From contig JBCDEK010000004.1 in assembly GCA_039179785.1 (NCBI GenBank), forward strand, positions 8,768 to 72,767: a stretch of 64,000 nucleotides of DNA, read 5' to 3'. The DNA is from Pseudomonadota bacterium (GTDB lineage: Bacteria > Pseudomonadota > Alphaproteobacteria > Rhodobacterales > Rhodobacteraceae). Below are positions 27,153 through 37,199 of the stretch, piece by piece (the first letter of the stretch is position 1; each line of letters begins with the position of its first letter). The notes beneath the pieces are model-generated. The model was given only the letters and a program-made list of their open reading frames with translations. It searched no databases and had not been told where the DNA came from. The translations under genes were made by a program, and so were the position numbers.

Positions 27153-28996
27153 CACAGCACGCCATGCCCCCTCGCGCCCCTCTTGAAATGCCCGCCCAGG
27201 ACTTTGCACGCGCACCGTCACAGGCGGATGCAGGTACGGACCGCCAGGACCCGATCTGGCGCATGGCCGTGTTCCTGCCCGCCCTCGCGATCACGGGTTT
27301 CACCCTTTGGGGGCTTTATGGGCTCTTCGAGATGTCGGGCATGACCAGCTTCGAATACGTGCTGCTGGCCCTGATTGGTCTGACGTTCATCTGGGTCACC
27401 ATCGCCGTATCAACCGTCGGCGTCGGCCTTGCAGGTCGGCTTGACCCCAGTCGCAAGCCCGCGCCCACCGATCCGCTGGATGTCGCGCTATTGGTGCCGA
27501 TCTACAACGAAACGCCGTGGGATGTGTTCGGCAACGCCGCCGCCATGCTGACCGACCTGACCCGGCAAAAAGGCGGGCACCGCTACAGCCTGTTTATCCT
27601 GAGCGACACCATCGACGACGCCATCGCCGCGCAGGAATGGGACGCCTTCCAAGCCTTGCAGGCCAGCGCCCCCCTGCCCGTCCACTACCGCCGCCGCGCA
27701 CAAAACACCGACAAAAAGGTCGGCAATCTCGAAGACTGGATCACAGGCTGGGGGGCCGCCTACGAGGCAATGCTTGTCCTTGACGCCGACAGCCTGATGA
27801 CGGGCCGCGCGATCGACCGGCTCTCAACCGAGCTTGCCGCCGATCCCAAAGCGGGCCTGATCCAGAGCTTCCCGCAACTCATCGGAGCGAATACTCTTTT
27901 CGCCCGGATGCAGCAGTTTTCCAACATCGCCTATGGCTGGCTCCTGGCCGAAGGGCTGGCGCATTGGGCGCGCACCGAAGGCAACTACTGGGGCCACAAC
28001 GCCATCATCCGCACCCGCGCCTTTGCGTCCTCCGCCGGACTGCCACACCTGCGCAACCTCGCAGGCCGCACCAACCTGATCCTCAGCCACGACTTCGTCG
28101 AGGCCTCGCTTTTGCGCCGCGCGGGCTGGCGTGTCCGCTTCCTGCCCCGCATCTCCGGCAGTTTCGAGGAAACCCCCGGCACGCTCATCGACTACGTGAT
28201 CCGCGACCGCCGCTGGTGCCGCGGCAACCTGCAACACCTGCGTCTTCTGGCCACGCGCGGCCTGCACCCCGTCAGCCGCTTCCACCTGTTCCAGGGCGCC
28301 GCCGCCTACCTTATGTCGCCCGCATGGTTCGTCCTCCTGGTCTTCTGGGCCCTGCTCGGCCGCGACGCAGAAACCAACGTGATCTCCTATTTCAACGAGG
28401 CAAACCCCCTCTTCCCCAACTGGCCCCCGGCCATGACCCATATCGACAGCGCGATCTTCCTTGTCGTGATGTACGCCATGCTGCTCACGCCCAAGATCAC
28501 GTCGGCCCTGATCATCGCCGCCAACGGCAAGGCCGTGCGCCTCTTTGGCGGCCGCCACGTCTTTGCAGGCGCCGTGCTGACCGAACTGGCTCTGTCCGTC
28601 GCCTACGCCCCGATCATGATGATCCAACAGACCAAGGCCGTGATCAGCGGCCTCCTTGGCCACGGCGGCTGGACCCCACAAACCCGCACCGCCCAAGCCT
28701 ATCCCTGGACCACGCTTATCAAATTCCACTGGATCGAATCGCTCCTCGGCGCGCTTCTGGTTCTGGGCCTCAGCGCGGGGCTTGTCTCCTGGTGGCTGAT
28801 CCCGATCACCGTCAGCCTGGCCTTCGCCGTCCCCCTCTCGGCCCTCAGCGCCTACCCACTCGCACAATCACGCCTGTCCAGCCTCAGGCTCGACAACCCG
28901 CTGACCCTGCGCGAACCGGCCATCGTTACCAATGCCCGCACCGCCCGCGCCGAAATGCGCGCCCGGATCGAAACACCGAACATCGCTGCTGAGTAG
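27149..28996 (+). CDS. opgH: Glucans biosynthesis glucosyltransferase OpgH (MdoH)
   Basis: PIYNE, VLDADS, NYWGHNAIIR, LSHDFVE, RDRRWCRGNLQH. Confidence 0.95.
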   Translation: MTQHAMPPRAPLEMPAQDFARAPSQADAGTDRQDPIWRMAVFLPALAITGFTLWGLYGLFEMSGMTSFEYVLLALIGLTFIWVTIAVSTVGVGLAGRLDPSRKPAPTDPLDVALLVPIYNETPWDVFGNAAAMLTDLTRQKGGHRYSLFILSDTIDDAIAAQEWDAFQALQASAPLPVHYRRRAQNTDKKVGNLEDWITGWGAAYEAMLVLDADSLMTGRAIDRLSTELAADPKAGLIQSFPQLIGANTLFARMQQFSNIAYGWLLAEGLAHWARTEGNYWGHNAIIRTRAFASSAGLPHLRNLAGRTNLILSHDFVEASLLRRAGWRVRFLPRISGSFEETPGTLIDYVIRDRRWCRGNLQHLRLLATRGLHPVSRFHLFQGAAAYLMSPAWFVLLVFWALLGRDAETNVISYFNEANPLFPNWPPAMTHIDSAIFLVVMYAMLLTPKITSALIIAANGKAVRLFGGRHVFAGAVLTELALSVAYAPIMMIQQTKAVISGLLGHGGWTPQTRTAQAYPWTTLIKFHWIESLLGALLVLGLSAGLVSWWLIPITVSLAFAVPLSALSAYPLAQSRLSSLRLDNPLTLREPAIVTNARTARAEMRARIETPNIAAE

Positions 28997-29204
28997 CACA
29001 CCTTTTGGACAGACACGCACACAGCAAACGAGTGTGCCACCAACGACCATCTCTTTTCTGCCAAACGGAAACACAAACACCCAGCAGATCAACGACGGCT
29101 TGCCACCGGTCGTGCCAGCCTGTGCGGTCGCGATCTGTCTTGGTGAGCCCGAAGCAGAAAAATAATAATGAACGCGCGCGCCCGCGCGCTCCATCAGATC
29201 ACGC

Positions 29205-29717
29205 CTAAGCAGGCGCCCACGCCACCACCGGCAAGCCGCGCTTCAACCAGCCCGGACCGGCGCCCGATCCCAACATGCCCTCAGGCACGTCAATGATGTT
29301 GGAAAATCCCGCACCCGTCAGGCGCCGGGTCAACCCGCGTGACCGCACCCCACGGGCACAAATCAGCGCCACGGGCGTGTCATCCCGCCCAGCAGTGTGG
29401 CCCAACAACACGTCCGTAAAGTCATCGCGCCGCATGTCGATGGGCACGGCGCCCTCGCCCACGCCCGTCCGCGCCCATTCATCCGGGCGACGAATGTCAA
29501 TGAGGAGCACAGCCCCACTCAAAGCCGCCGCATGCACATCGGGCGCACTCAACGTGCCCTCCACGCCAGCCTGCGCTGAAATATTATACCAGCGCGACGC
29601 GAACACCGCGCCGCCCACAAGGGCCGCACCCCCAAGCAGGCCAAAGCCCCGACGCGTCATGCGCGCCGGGGCCTTTGCCCGATCAGATGCGGGGGAATGC
29701 TCGGGCATGTCGTTCAT
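29205..29717 (-). CDS. Rhodanese-like domain protein with Tat-type signal
   Basis: TRRGFGLLGG twin-arginine segment, IDIRRPDEW, ICARGVRS; start uncertain. Confidence 0.82.
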   Translation of the reverse strand: MNDMPEHSPASDRAKAPARMTRRGFGLLGGAALVGGAVFASRWYNISAQAGVEGTLSAPDVHAAALSGAVLLIDIRRPDEWARTGVGEGAVPIDMRRDDFTDVLLGHTAGRDDTPVALICARGVRSRGLTRRLTGAGFSNIIDVPEGMLGSGAGPGWLKRGLPVVAWAPA

Positions 29718-29718
29718 C

Positions 29719-30249
29719 TCAGCCTTTCGGGGCATCACTTGTGAATTTCGGGATCGTGTTCGTCGACGCCGCAGCAGGCTCAATGCTCACCCAGTTGTTC
29801 TCCGACTTGGTGATGTTGCCGGGAATGTCCTCTTCCCAAAAGCCCACCACCACATCCGTGATGTTCAGATACAGCTTGTCATCGACAATGCGCCAGAGGT
29901 TCGGGTTGGCAGGCACCTTGCCGCCCTGCGCCACGCCATAGGCGCAGTGGCCGTCATATTGCGGCGCATAGCGCGCGGGGTCTGCCACGAACTTGTCGCG
30001 GTTTTCCTCGGTCGAAAAGGCAAATGTCGCGCCGTTATATTCGGCGGTGATGTTGGTATTGCCGGGCACGCCGGGCGTCTGGGTCTGTCCCACCGGCTTC
30101 GAGTCCAGATCGAAATAGGCCACAACGTCATAGCCCGACACGGCAAAGCCGGTCTCGTCAATATACTGATCACCCGCAAATGCGGACGAGGCAAAAGCAA
30201 GCGTGCTGGCAGCTGCGGCAGCAAGTGTCATCGTGAAACGGTTCATCAT
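29719..30249 (-). CDS. Secreted YHS-domain protein
   Basis: Signal peptide, GYDVVAYF, FSTEENRDKFVADPARYAPQYDGHCAYG. Confidence 0.88.
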   Translation of the reverse strand: MMNRFTMTLAAAAASTLAFASSAFAGDQYIDETGFAVSGYDVVAYFDLDSKPVGQTQTPGVPGNTNITAEYNGATFAFSTEENRDKFVADPARYAPQYDGHCAYGVAQGGKVPANPNLWRIVDDKLYLNITDVVVGFWEEDIPGNITKSENNWVSIEPAAASTNTIPKFTSDAPKG

Positions 30250-30403
30250 CCCAGGGGGTATCCTTTGTCAAACTCAGGTCGGCCGCGTCCCGTTGCGGCG
30301 CATGATGGGACAATAGGACCGACCGGTCCAGTATTTCAGCCCGCCTCGCGCCGATGTGAGCGCACGCGGGAATGCGTGATCGGTTTGAAAGATGCCAAAT
30401 GGC

Positions 30404-31192
30404 TCAGCGCAGCCGGGGCGGCTTGGCCGGGTCCATACCGGGCGCGGCGGGCTCGGGTGACCGCGCCGGTGCAGGCTGCGGCAGATCAAAACGCAGACCC
30501 ACACGGGCCAATCGCTCGGTCACCGGATCGCGCGCATCGAAAAATCCCACATCCATCGCGCCCGCCTCGATGCCTGAAAACGTCAGCGCTTCGGACGCGG
30601 CCCGCGCCAATGCGTCCTCGGCCCCCGGCGCAGCCCCGACAAAAGCCAGCAAGTGCCCGCGCGCGCCCGCGTCATCCGTGGTCCCCACAAGATAGGCCAT
30701 CTGCGCCAGTCCCGTGGCCGTCGCCAGTTTGGTGTCCAGCGCCGAAATCAGCGTATCGGGCAACCCCGCAGGGGCCGACACTTCCGATAACCGCGCTTCA
30801 ACTTCGTCAGGGCCGTGCCCCAAGGTCTGCGCCAACCAGCGCACGCCCTCCGCATCCAGCAAAAATGACGATGGCGCCACATCCAGGTTCAGGCCCAACC
30901 CCAATCCCTGCTCCGCCAGAAGCCCCGCGATGACCCGCCCCGACAGCGCGGCATAGGGCGCTTCGGCCCCGACAAAGCCCGCCATGCGCTCTTCGCGGTC
31001 AAACACCAATACCATCGGCCCCGCACCGGGGTCGAACACTTGCGGCGTCACCTGATCGCCATCCGCTTCACCTTCCAGCAGCAAAAACAGTTCCGCATCG
31101 CCCAGCCGTTCAAAAAACCGCAACCGCGCCGCGTCGTCCTCGGGTGCGGCTGCCATCGCCGCATGGGCCTGATCCAACGCCGTCTCTGTCAT
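30404..31192 (-). CDS. SseB family protein
   Basis: RLRFFERL, LVFDREER, ends PGMDPAKPPRLR as in Rhodobacterales SseB proteins. Confidence 0.75.
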   Translation of the reverse strand: MTETALDQAHAAMAAAPEDDAARLRFFERLGDAELFLLLEGEADGDQVTPQVFDPGAGPMVLVFDREERMAGFVGAEAPYAALSGRVIAGLLAEQGLGLGLNLDVAPSSFLLDAEGVRWLAQTLGHGPDEVEARLSEVSAPAGLPDTLISALDTKLATATGLAQMAYLVGTTDDAGARGHLLAFVGAAPGAEDALARAASEALTFSGIEAGAMDVGFFDARDPVTERLARVGLRFDLPQPAPARSPEPAAPGMDPAKPPRLR

Positions 31193-31770
31193 GCCAGCAC
31201 CTCTTGCACGCGCGCCCGCAGCACGGGCAGCACCTCGTCCTCAAACCACGGGTTTTTCTTCAACCATCCGGTATTGCGCCAAGACGGGTGAGGCAAGGGA
31301 AAGGCACGGGGCGCAAAGTCGCGCCACGACGCCACAATCTCGCGCACCGGCTTTTTCACGCCCAGATGCCACGACTGCGCATAGCCGCCAATCAGCAATA
31401 CCAAAGGCACGTTCCCCACGTGGTCCATCACATCCGCCCGCCACGTCTTGGCACAGATCTTCGGCGGAGGCCGGTCAGAGCCCTTCGCGTCATAACCGGG
31501 AAAGCAAAACGCCATCGGCACGATCGCCAGCTTGTCGCGGTCATAGAACGTGTCTTCGTCCATACCCAGCCAATCCCGCAGCCGGTCGCCAGAGGGATCG
31601 GTGAACGGCCTGCCGCTTTCATGCACCCGCGCACCGGGGGCCTGCCCCGCCACAAGAATGCGCGCACCGGGTTTGAACCAGACCACGGGCCGCGGGCTGT
31701 GCCCTGTCTCAGTCGCGGCAAAGCGGTCGGCGCAAAGTGTGCAGGCGCGGATATCGTCAGGCAAAGACAT
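31189..31770 (-). CDS. Uracil-DNA glycosylase family protein
   Basis: GQAPG, PFTDPSGDRLRDWLG, FCFPG, LPHPSWRN. Confidence 0.92.
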   Translation of the reverse strand: MSLPDDIRACTLCADRFAATETGHSPRPVVWFKPGARILVAGQAPGARVHESGRPFTDPSGDRLRDWLGMDEDTFYDRDKLAIVPMAFCFPGYDAKGSDRPPPKICAKTWRADVMDHVGNVPLVLLIGGYAQSWHLGVKKPVREIVASWRDFAPRAFPLPHPSWRNTGWLKKNPWFEDEVLPVLRARVQEVLA

Positions 31771-31807
31771 GGAAAACACCTATGCGCGATCAACGGGTTA
31801 GGCAATC

Positions 31808-31868
31808 AATTCGAAAATTATCGAAATAAACCTTGCACCAATGCAATCATTTCGATAATTCTAGAAAT
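31808..31868. promoter_or_regulatory. Two AT-rich imperfect palindromes, probable ArsR operators
   Basis: AATTCGAAAATTATCGAAAT (31808) and ATTTCGATAATTCTAGAAAT (31849), 16/20 identical, directly before the arsR ATG. Confidence 0.7.
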
Positions 31869-32198
31869 ATGAAAATGGAATCACCCGCCGCCCCCGATCT
31901 CACCCGCGCCGCCGCCGCTTTTGCTGCGCTCGGCTCCGAACAGCGCCTTTCCGTCCTCCGCACCCTCGTCCGTGCAGGCCCTGAGGGTCTCAGCATTGGC
32001 ACCCTGGGCGACCGCGCGGGCGTCACTGGCTCCACTTTGACGCACCACGTTAAAATCCTCGCCAGCGCCGGGCTGGTGACGCAAGCACGCCAAGGGCGGT
32101 CGATCATCTGCGCCGCCGTTGCCTTTGACGAGGTGCAGACGCTGTCGGACTTCCTGCTCACCGAATGCTGCGCCGATACGGAGACGCCCCATGGCTGA
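31869..32198 (+). CDS. arsR: ArsR/SmtB family regulator with C-terminal CC
   Basis: FAALG...RLSVLRTLV...STLTHH...QGRSIIC...LTECC. Confidence 0.9.
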   Translation: MKMESPAAPDLTRAAAAFAALGSEQRLSVLRTLVRAGPEGLSIGTLGDRAGVTGSTLTHHVKILASAGLVTQARQGRSIICAAVAFDEVQTLSDFLLTECCADTETPHG

Positions 32199-33222
32199 CA
32201 CAACCACCCCCGCCGCACGGCCCAGCCTCTGGTCCCGCATCGACCGCGTCTGGCTCGCTGCCGCCCTGATCATACTGGGCGTCGCCATCATCGACCTCCC
32301 CCGCGTCGACGACGTGATCGGCTTTGCCACGGGCGCGCTGCTTGGCACCCTGCCCTTCATCGCCTTCGCCGTCTTCGCCATCGCCTATCTCAAAGCCACA
32401 GGCGCCGAAAACCTCCTCGCGCGCGCATTCGAAGGCAACCCCACCCGCATGATCATCATGGCGGCCCTCCTGGGTGGCCTCTCCCCCTTCTGCTCGTGCG
32501 AGGTGATCCCTTTCATCGCCGCCCTCCTGGCCGTCGGCGCGCCGCTCGCCGCGGTCATGGCCTTCTGGCTCGCCTCCCCGCTCATGGACCCGGCCATGTT
32601 CGCCATCACGACGGGCGCCATCACGCTCGACTTCGCCATTGCCAAAACCCTCGCCGCCGTCGCCCTCGGCCTCTTCGGCGGCTTCGGCACATTGATGCTC
32701 TCCGGCACCCCCATCTTCACCGACCCCTTGCGCGAAAAACCCGCCGTGGGCGGCTGCTGCGGGGTCAAGGCGCCCTTCTCCGCCACCCCCGCCTGGCGCT
32801 TCTGGCAGGTCCCCGAACGCCGCCAAATCTTCCGCCACGTTGCCCTCGACAACGGCGTTTTCCTGCTGAAATGGCTCACCCTCGCCTATGTGATCGAAGC
32901 GCTCATGGTCCACTACATGCCCGCCGACTTCATCGCCAACGTCCTCGGCGGCGGCGGCTTCGGCACCATCCTCCTTGGCGCGCTCGTCGGCATGCCCGCC
33001 TACCTCAATGGCTACGCCGCCGCCCCGCTGATCGGTGACCTCTTGGACCAGGGCATGGCCCCCGGGGCCGCCATGTCCTTCATGATCGCGGGCGGCGTCA
33101 GCTCAATCCCCGCCGCCCTGGCGGTCTGGGCCTTGGTCAAACCCCGCATCTTCGCTGCCTACCTGGGCTTTGCCCTCGCAGGCTCCGTCCTCACCGGCCT
33201 CGCCTGGCAAATGATCGCCTGA
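32191..33222 (+). CDS. ArsP/DUF318 family permease
   Basis: LSPFCSCEVIP motif, GGCCG loop, multiple TM segments; coupled to arsR. Confidence 0.88.
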   Translation: MADTTTPAARPSLWSRIDRVWLAAALIILGVAIIDLPRVDDVIGFATGALLGTLPFIAFAVFAIAYLKATGAENLLARAFEGNPTRMIIMAALLGGLSPFCSCEVIPFIAALLAVGAPLAAVMAFWLASPLMDPAMFAITTGAITLDFAIAKTLAAVALGLFGGFGTLMLSGTPIFTDPLREKPAVGGCCGVKAPFSATPAWRFWQVPERRQIFRHVALDNGVFLLKWLTLAYVIEALMVHYMPADFIANVLGGGGFGTILLGALVGMPAYLNGYAAAPLIGDLLDQGMAPGAAMSFMIAGGVSSIPAALAVWALVKPRIFAAYLGFALAGSVLTGLAWQMIA

Positions 33223-33325
33223 ACGCCACAGTTCGCCCGAAATCCCCGGCATCTCATCGCCCGGGTTGCCCCATTGCCGCCACATGCGCTAAGCCGCTCG
33301 AACAACGACATCGGGTGGAGCGCAC

Positions 33326-34624
33326 ATGTACCGCGTCTGGAGCTTTCTGACCAACTATTCCCTGCTGCTGATCATCGGCGCGCTCACGGCCCTCGTCTGG
33401 GCCAATATCGACCCCCATTCCTATCACCACTTCGTCGAATACCCTGTGCTGTTCAACGACTGGGTCGGCGTCGACTACGACTACTGGAAAAAGCTCTACG
33501 GCGAAGGGTACGACAAGTACGACGCCGGAGGCGCGGCCAAGGTGCTCTCGGCCCACTACCTCGTCAACGACATGGCCATGGCCCTCTTCTTCGGCATCGC
33601 GGCCAAGGAAGTGTGGGAAGCCGTCGTGCTCAAAAACGGCTCCCTGCGCGGGAAAAAGGCCGCAACACCCCTGTTTGCAACGCTGGGCGGCATGGTCGGG
33701 CCGATCTCCGTCTACCTTGGCCTCGCGGTGCTGCTGGGCTCCGACACCTATGACGCAGTGGCCAATGGCTGGGCCATCCCCACCGCCACCGACATCGCGT
33801 TCAGCTACCTCGTGGGCCGCATCGTCTTTGGCGCAGGCCACCCGGCGGTGCGCTTCCTGCTGCTTCTCGCCATCGCGGACGACGCCGCAGGGCTGATCAT
33901 CCTCGCCATCTTCTACCCCTCGGGCGAATTGGCGCTGGAATGGCTGCTCCTGTCGGTCTTTGCCGCCGTGGCGGTGTTCCTGCTGTTCAACTGGCTGCCG
34001 CGCCGCATGGACCAGCACAAACAGGACCGGCCCAACTCAACCTGGGTGCGCCAGAAACTCAGCTTCTGGCCCTATGCCGTGGCAGGCTGCGCCAGCTGGT
34101 ACGGCTTCATGGCCTCGGGCCTGCACCCGTCGCTGGGCCTTTTGCCCATCGTGCCCGCGATTCCGCACGCAGACCGCGCCTTCGGCATCTTCTCGGAGGC
34201 GGAAAAATACCTCACCGACCTGCTGAACCAGATCGAACACGCGCTGAAATCCCCGGTCGAAATCGTGCTCTTCTTCTTTGGCCTGCTGAACGCTGGGGTC
34301 GAATTCAGCTCCATCGGCGATGCCACCTGGCTTGTGCTGGCGGGCCTGCTGATCGGCAAACCGGTGGGCATCCTGATCTTCGGCTGGCTGGCCGCGCGGC
34401 CACTGGGCCTGGGCATCCCCGAAGGGATGCGGATCATCGACCTGGTGGTGATCGGCTGCGTTGCGGCCATCGGCTTTACGGTATCGCTCTTCTTTGCCTC
34501 CGCCGCCTTCGATGCGGGGCCCGTACAGGACGCAGCCAAGATGGGCGCCCTCTTCAGCTTCATCGCCGCCGTCATCTCGATCGTGGTGGGCAAATTGACC
34601 CGCGTGCAAAAGCAAGAGGCCTGA
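33326..34624 (+). CDS. nhaA: Na+/H+ antiporter NhaA
   Basis: GWAIPTATDIAF, LAIADD, GKPVGI, IGFTVSLF. Confidence 0.93.
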   Translation: MYRVWSFLTNYSLLLIIGALTALVWANIDPHSYHHFVEYPVLFNDWVGVDYDYWKKLYGEGYDKYDAGGAAKVLSAHYLVNDMAMALFFGIAAKEVWEAVVLKNGSLRGKKAATPLFATLGGMVGPISVYLGLAVLLGSDTYDAVANGWAIPTATDIAFSYLVGRIVFGAGHPAVRFLLLLAIADDAAGLIILAIFYPSGELALEWLLLSVFAAVAVFLLFNWLPRRMDQHKQDRPNSTWVRQKLSFWPYAVAGCASWYGFMASGLHPSLGLLPIVPAIPHADRAFGIFSEAEKYLTDLLNQIEHALKSPVEIVLFFFGLLNAGVEFSSIGDATWLVLAGLLIGKPVGILIFGWLAARPLGLGIPEGMRIIDLVVIGCVAAIGFTVSLFFASAAFDAGPVQDAAKMGALFSFIAAVISIVVGKLTRVQKQEA

Positions 34625-34739
34625 AGCACAGCGCCTCAAAGCAACGGCCCCGCTCACATCCCCGTCACATCTGCGTGGCGGGACCCCACCACTGTCCGTT
34701 CCCGGGCAACAGTCGCCACGGAAACGGTAGATTTGTCGA

Positions 34740-34766
34740 GACTTTGGACATAATATGGCCAAAGTC
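34740..34766. promoter_or_regulatory. 27-bp near-perfect palindrome upstream of kpsT
   Basis: GACTTTGG-A-CATA-A-TATG-G-CCAAAGTC. Confidence 0.5.
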
Positions 34767-34860
34767 GGTGATTAGACCGTTAAGACGCCTCTGGTAAGGA
34801 GGGCACGGTATCCCCACGTGAAGGCGCGGGGGCAGAGCAGACACCGCGGAGCAAACGGGG

Positions 34861-35520
34861 ATGCTGGAGTTCGAAAACGTATCCAAGTCCTTCTGGACGG
34901 GCACACAGCGCAAGGTGATCCTTGACCGTGTGTCTTTTCGGGTGGATTTGGGTCATTCCTTTGGGGTGCTCGCGCCCAACGGCACCGGCAAGACGACGCT
35001 CATCAACATGATGGCCGGGCTGGAAAAACCGGACGAAGGCGAAATCCGCCGGGGCTGCAATGTCTCGTTTCCGCTTGGGTTCATGGGGGGCGTGCTGCCC
35101 AAGATCTCGGCGCTGGAAAACTCCCGCTACATCGCGCGGCTTTACGGGCTTGACCCCGACTATGTGGAAAGCTTCTGCCGCTGGCTCTGCAACTTGGGTG
35201 AATATTTCGAACAGCCCCTTGGCACCTATTCCTCGGGCATGCGGGGGCGCTTTTCCTTTGCGCTGATGCTGGCGCTCGATTTTGACATCTATCTCATCGA
35301 CGAAGGCATGCCTGCCTCGACCGATGCCGAATTCAACCGCAAAGCGGGCGAGGTGCTGCAGGAACGGCTGCGCACCACAACCATCATCATCGTGTCCCAC
35401 CAGGCCCAGACGCTCGAAAAATTCGCGCGCTCTGCCGCAGTGCTGCTCGACGGCAAGCTGCATATGTTCGACACGCTCGAAGAGGCGAAACGGCTCTATG
35501 ACTACGAAACCCAAAGCTAG
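34861..35520 (+). CDS. kpsT: Capsular polysaccharide ABC exporter ATP-binding protein
   Basis: NGTGKTT, FPLGFMGG, YSSGMR, YLIDEG. Confidence 0.88.
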   Translation: MLEFENVSKSFWTGTQRKVILDRVSFRVDLGHSFGVLAPNGTGKTTLINMMAGLEKPDEGEIRRGCNVSFPLGFMGGVLPKISALENSRYIARLYGLDPDYVESFCRWLCNLGEYFEQPLGTYSSGMRGRFSFALMLALDFDIYLIDEGMPASTDAEFNRKAGEVLQERLRTTTIIIVSHQAQTLEKFARSAAVLLDGKLHMFDTLEEAKRLYDYETQS

Positions 35521-37198
35521 GAAGTTCCGCATCAAGCGCACCGCGCCCATGCCCGGCTCATCCGCCGAGGCAGCCGCCGCGCGCAAGCAGGCGCCCCGGG
35601 ATCAGGATGTGGCGGACACAGCCCCTGATACAGCCCCCGACGCGGCGGCACGCACCGGGCAGCCCACCGCAAAAACGGGCGAGGTGACCTCGGCCCGCGA
35701 GGCACAAAGCGAAAGCACCATCGATGCCATCCGCAAGGAGGGGCTGACCGGGCGGCAATTGCGCATGGCGCGCCGTGTCGCACAGAAGCACGGTCTGGCC
35801 CCCACATCCGATTTCGACGCGGTGCGCCTGCTCAGGGCCAAGGGGATCGACCCGTTTCAGCGCTCGAACATGCTGGAACTTGTCGTGCCACAGGCCGGGG
35901 CCGAACCGCACGAGGGCGGCGCGCCCGATGCCTTTGCCAACCTGCCGGCCACAACGGGTGGTGCGGGGGCCGCCGGACGCACCCAATTGCCGCAAACCGT
36001 CCAGGCCCGGCAAACGCAGCTGCCCTCGACCGAACTCAGCCCCGCCGACCGGCGGGCGCAGGAAATCCAGAACATCCAGCGCGACATCGCGCGGCGGCGC
36101 CGCAAGAAGATGGGTCTGCTGCTGGTGCGGCTTGCCTTTTTCGTGATGTTTCCGACCTTTCTGGCGGGCTACTATTTCTATGCCATTGCGACGCCGATGT
36201 ATGCGGTCAAATCCGAGTTTCTGATCATCCAGAACGAAGGGTCCGGTGGCTCCGGTCCGCTGGGCGGGCTGTTGCCCACGCAATTTGCAACCAATTCCGA
36301 CAGCATCGCGGTGCAGGGCTTTCTGCAATCCAAGGACGCGATGCTGCGGCTTGACCGCGACGTCGGGTTCAAATCGCACTTTACCCAGGACTGGATCGAC
36401 CCGATCCAACGGCTGAGCGAGGACCCTACCAACGAAGAGGCGTACAAGACCTACAAAAAGAACGTCAAAATCGGCTACGACCCGACCGAGGGCATGATCC
36501 GCATGGAAGTCGCCGCCGCCGATCCGCAGGTCTCCGCCGAATTCTCCGGTCAGTTGATCGACTACGCCGAAGAGCGGGTGAACAACCTGTCCGCCCAAAA
36601 GCGCGATGACCAGATGCGCGACGCCCGCGCAGGCTACGAACGCGCCGAGGCCGAGCGCCGCGCCGCACAGGAAAACCTCGTCCGGCTCCAGATCGAAGGG
36701 TCCACGCTCGACCCCGAAAGCGTCATCGCCGGGCTGCGCACCCAGATCGGCCAGCTTGAAACCCAGGTCATCGAGAAAGAGATCGAACTGGCCAGCCTGC
36801 TCAACAACCAGCGCCCGAACCAAAGCCGCGTTGACGGCGTGCGCGGCACGCTCGACATCCTCAACCAGCAGCTTGTCCTGCTCAACAACCGCATGACCGA
36901 TGTGAGCCAGGGCGAAAACTCGCTGGCCGAACTTGCCGCCCGCATCCAGATCGCCCAGGCCGACCTCGCCTCGCGCGACATGATGCTGCAATCGGCCCTC
37001 CAGCAAATGGAGCAGGCCCGCGTCGAAGCCTCGCGCCAGGTGCGCTACCTCACCGTCGCCGTCGAACCCATCGCCCCGCAGGAACCCACCTATCCGCGCG
37101 CCTTCGAAAACACGATCTTGGCTTTTCTGGTCTTTGCAGGCATCTACCTGATGATCTCGCTCACCGCGTCGATCCTCAGAGAACAGGTGACCACCTAA
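35498..37198 (+). CDS. kpsE: Capsule export inner-membrane protein (KpsE-like) with long N-terminal extension
   Basis: TM then [10 protein letters not shown], coiled coils, C-terminal YPRAFENT plus TM. Confidence 0.82.
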   Translation: MTTKPKARKFRIKRTAPMPGSSAEAAAARKQAPRDQDVADTAPDTAPDAAARTGQPTAKTGEVTSAREAQSESTIDAIRKEGLTGRQLRMARRVAQKHGLAPTSDFDAVRLLRAKGIDPFQRSNMLELVVPQAGAEPHEGGAPDAFANLPATTGGAGAAGRTQLPQTVQARQTQLPSTELSPADRRAQEIQNIQRDIARRRRKKMGLLLVRLAFFVMFPTFLAGYYFYAIATPMYAVKSEFLIIQNEGSGGSGPLGGLLPTQFATNSDSIAVQGFLQSKDAMLRLDRDVGFKSHFTQDWIDPIQRLSEDPTNEEAYKTYKKNVKIGYDPTEGMIRMEVAAADPQVSAEFSGQLIDYAEERVNNLSAQKRDDQMRDARAGYERAEAERRAAQENLVRLQIEGSTLDPESVIAGLRTQIGQLETQVIEKEIELASLLNNQRPNQSRVDGVRGTLDILNQQLVLLNNRMTDVSQGENSLAELAARIQIAQADLASRDMMLQSALQQMEQARVEASRQVRYLTVAVEPIAPQEPTYPRAFENTILAFLVFAGIYLMISLTASILREQVTT

Positions 37199-37199
37199 G

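Noticed and set aside
29719-30249. Possible selenoprotein (some YHS homologues carry Sec)
   Set aside because: The motif residue is Cys (TGC) and there is no in-frame TGA
34741-34770. Partial dif resemblance (minus-strand TTATGTCCAAA like a XerD arm)
   Set aside because: No convincing XerC arm, and the nearby skew change has origin rather than terminus polarity
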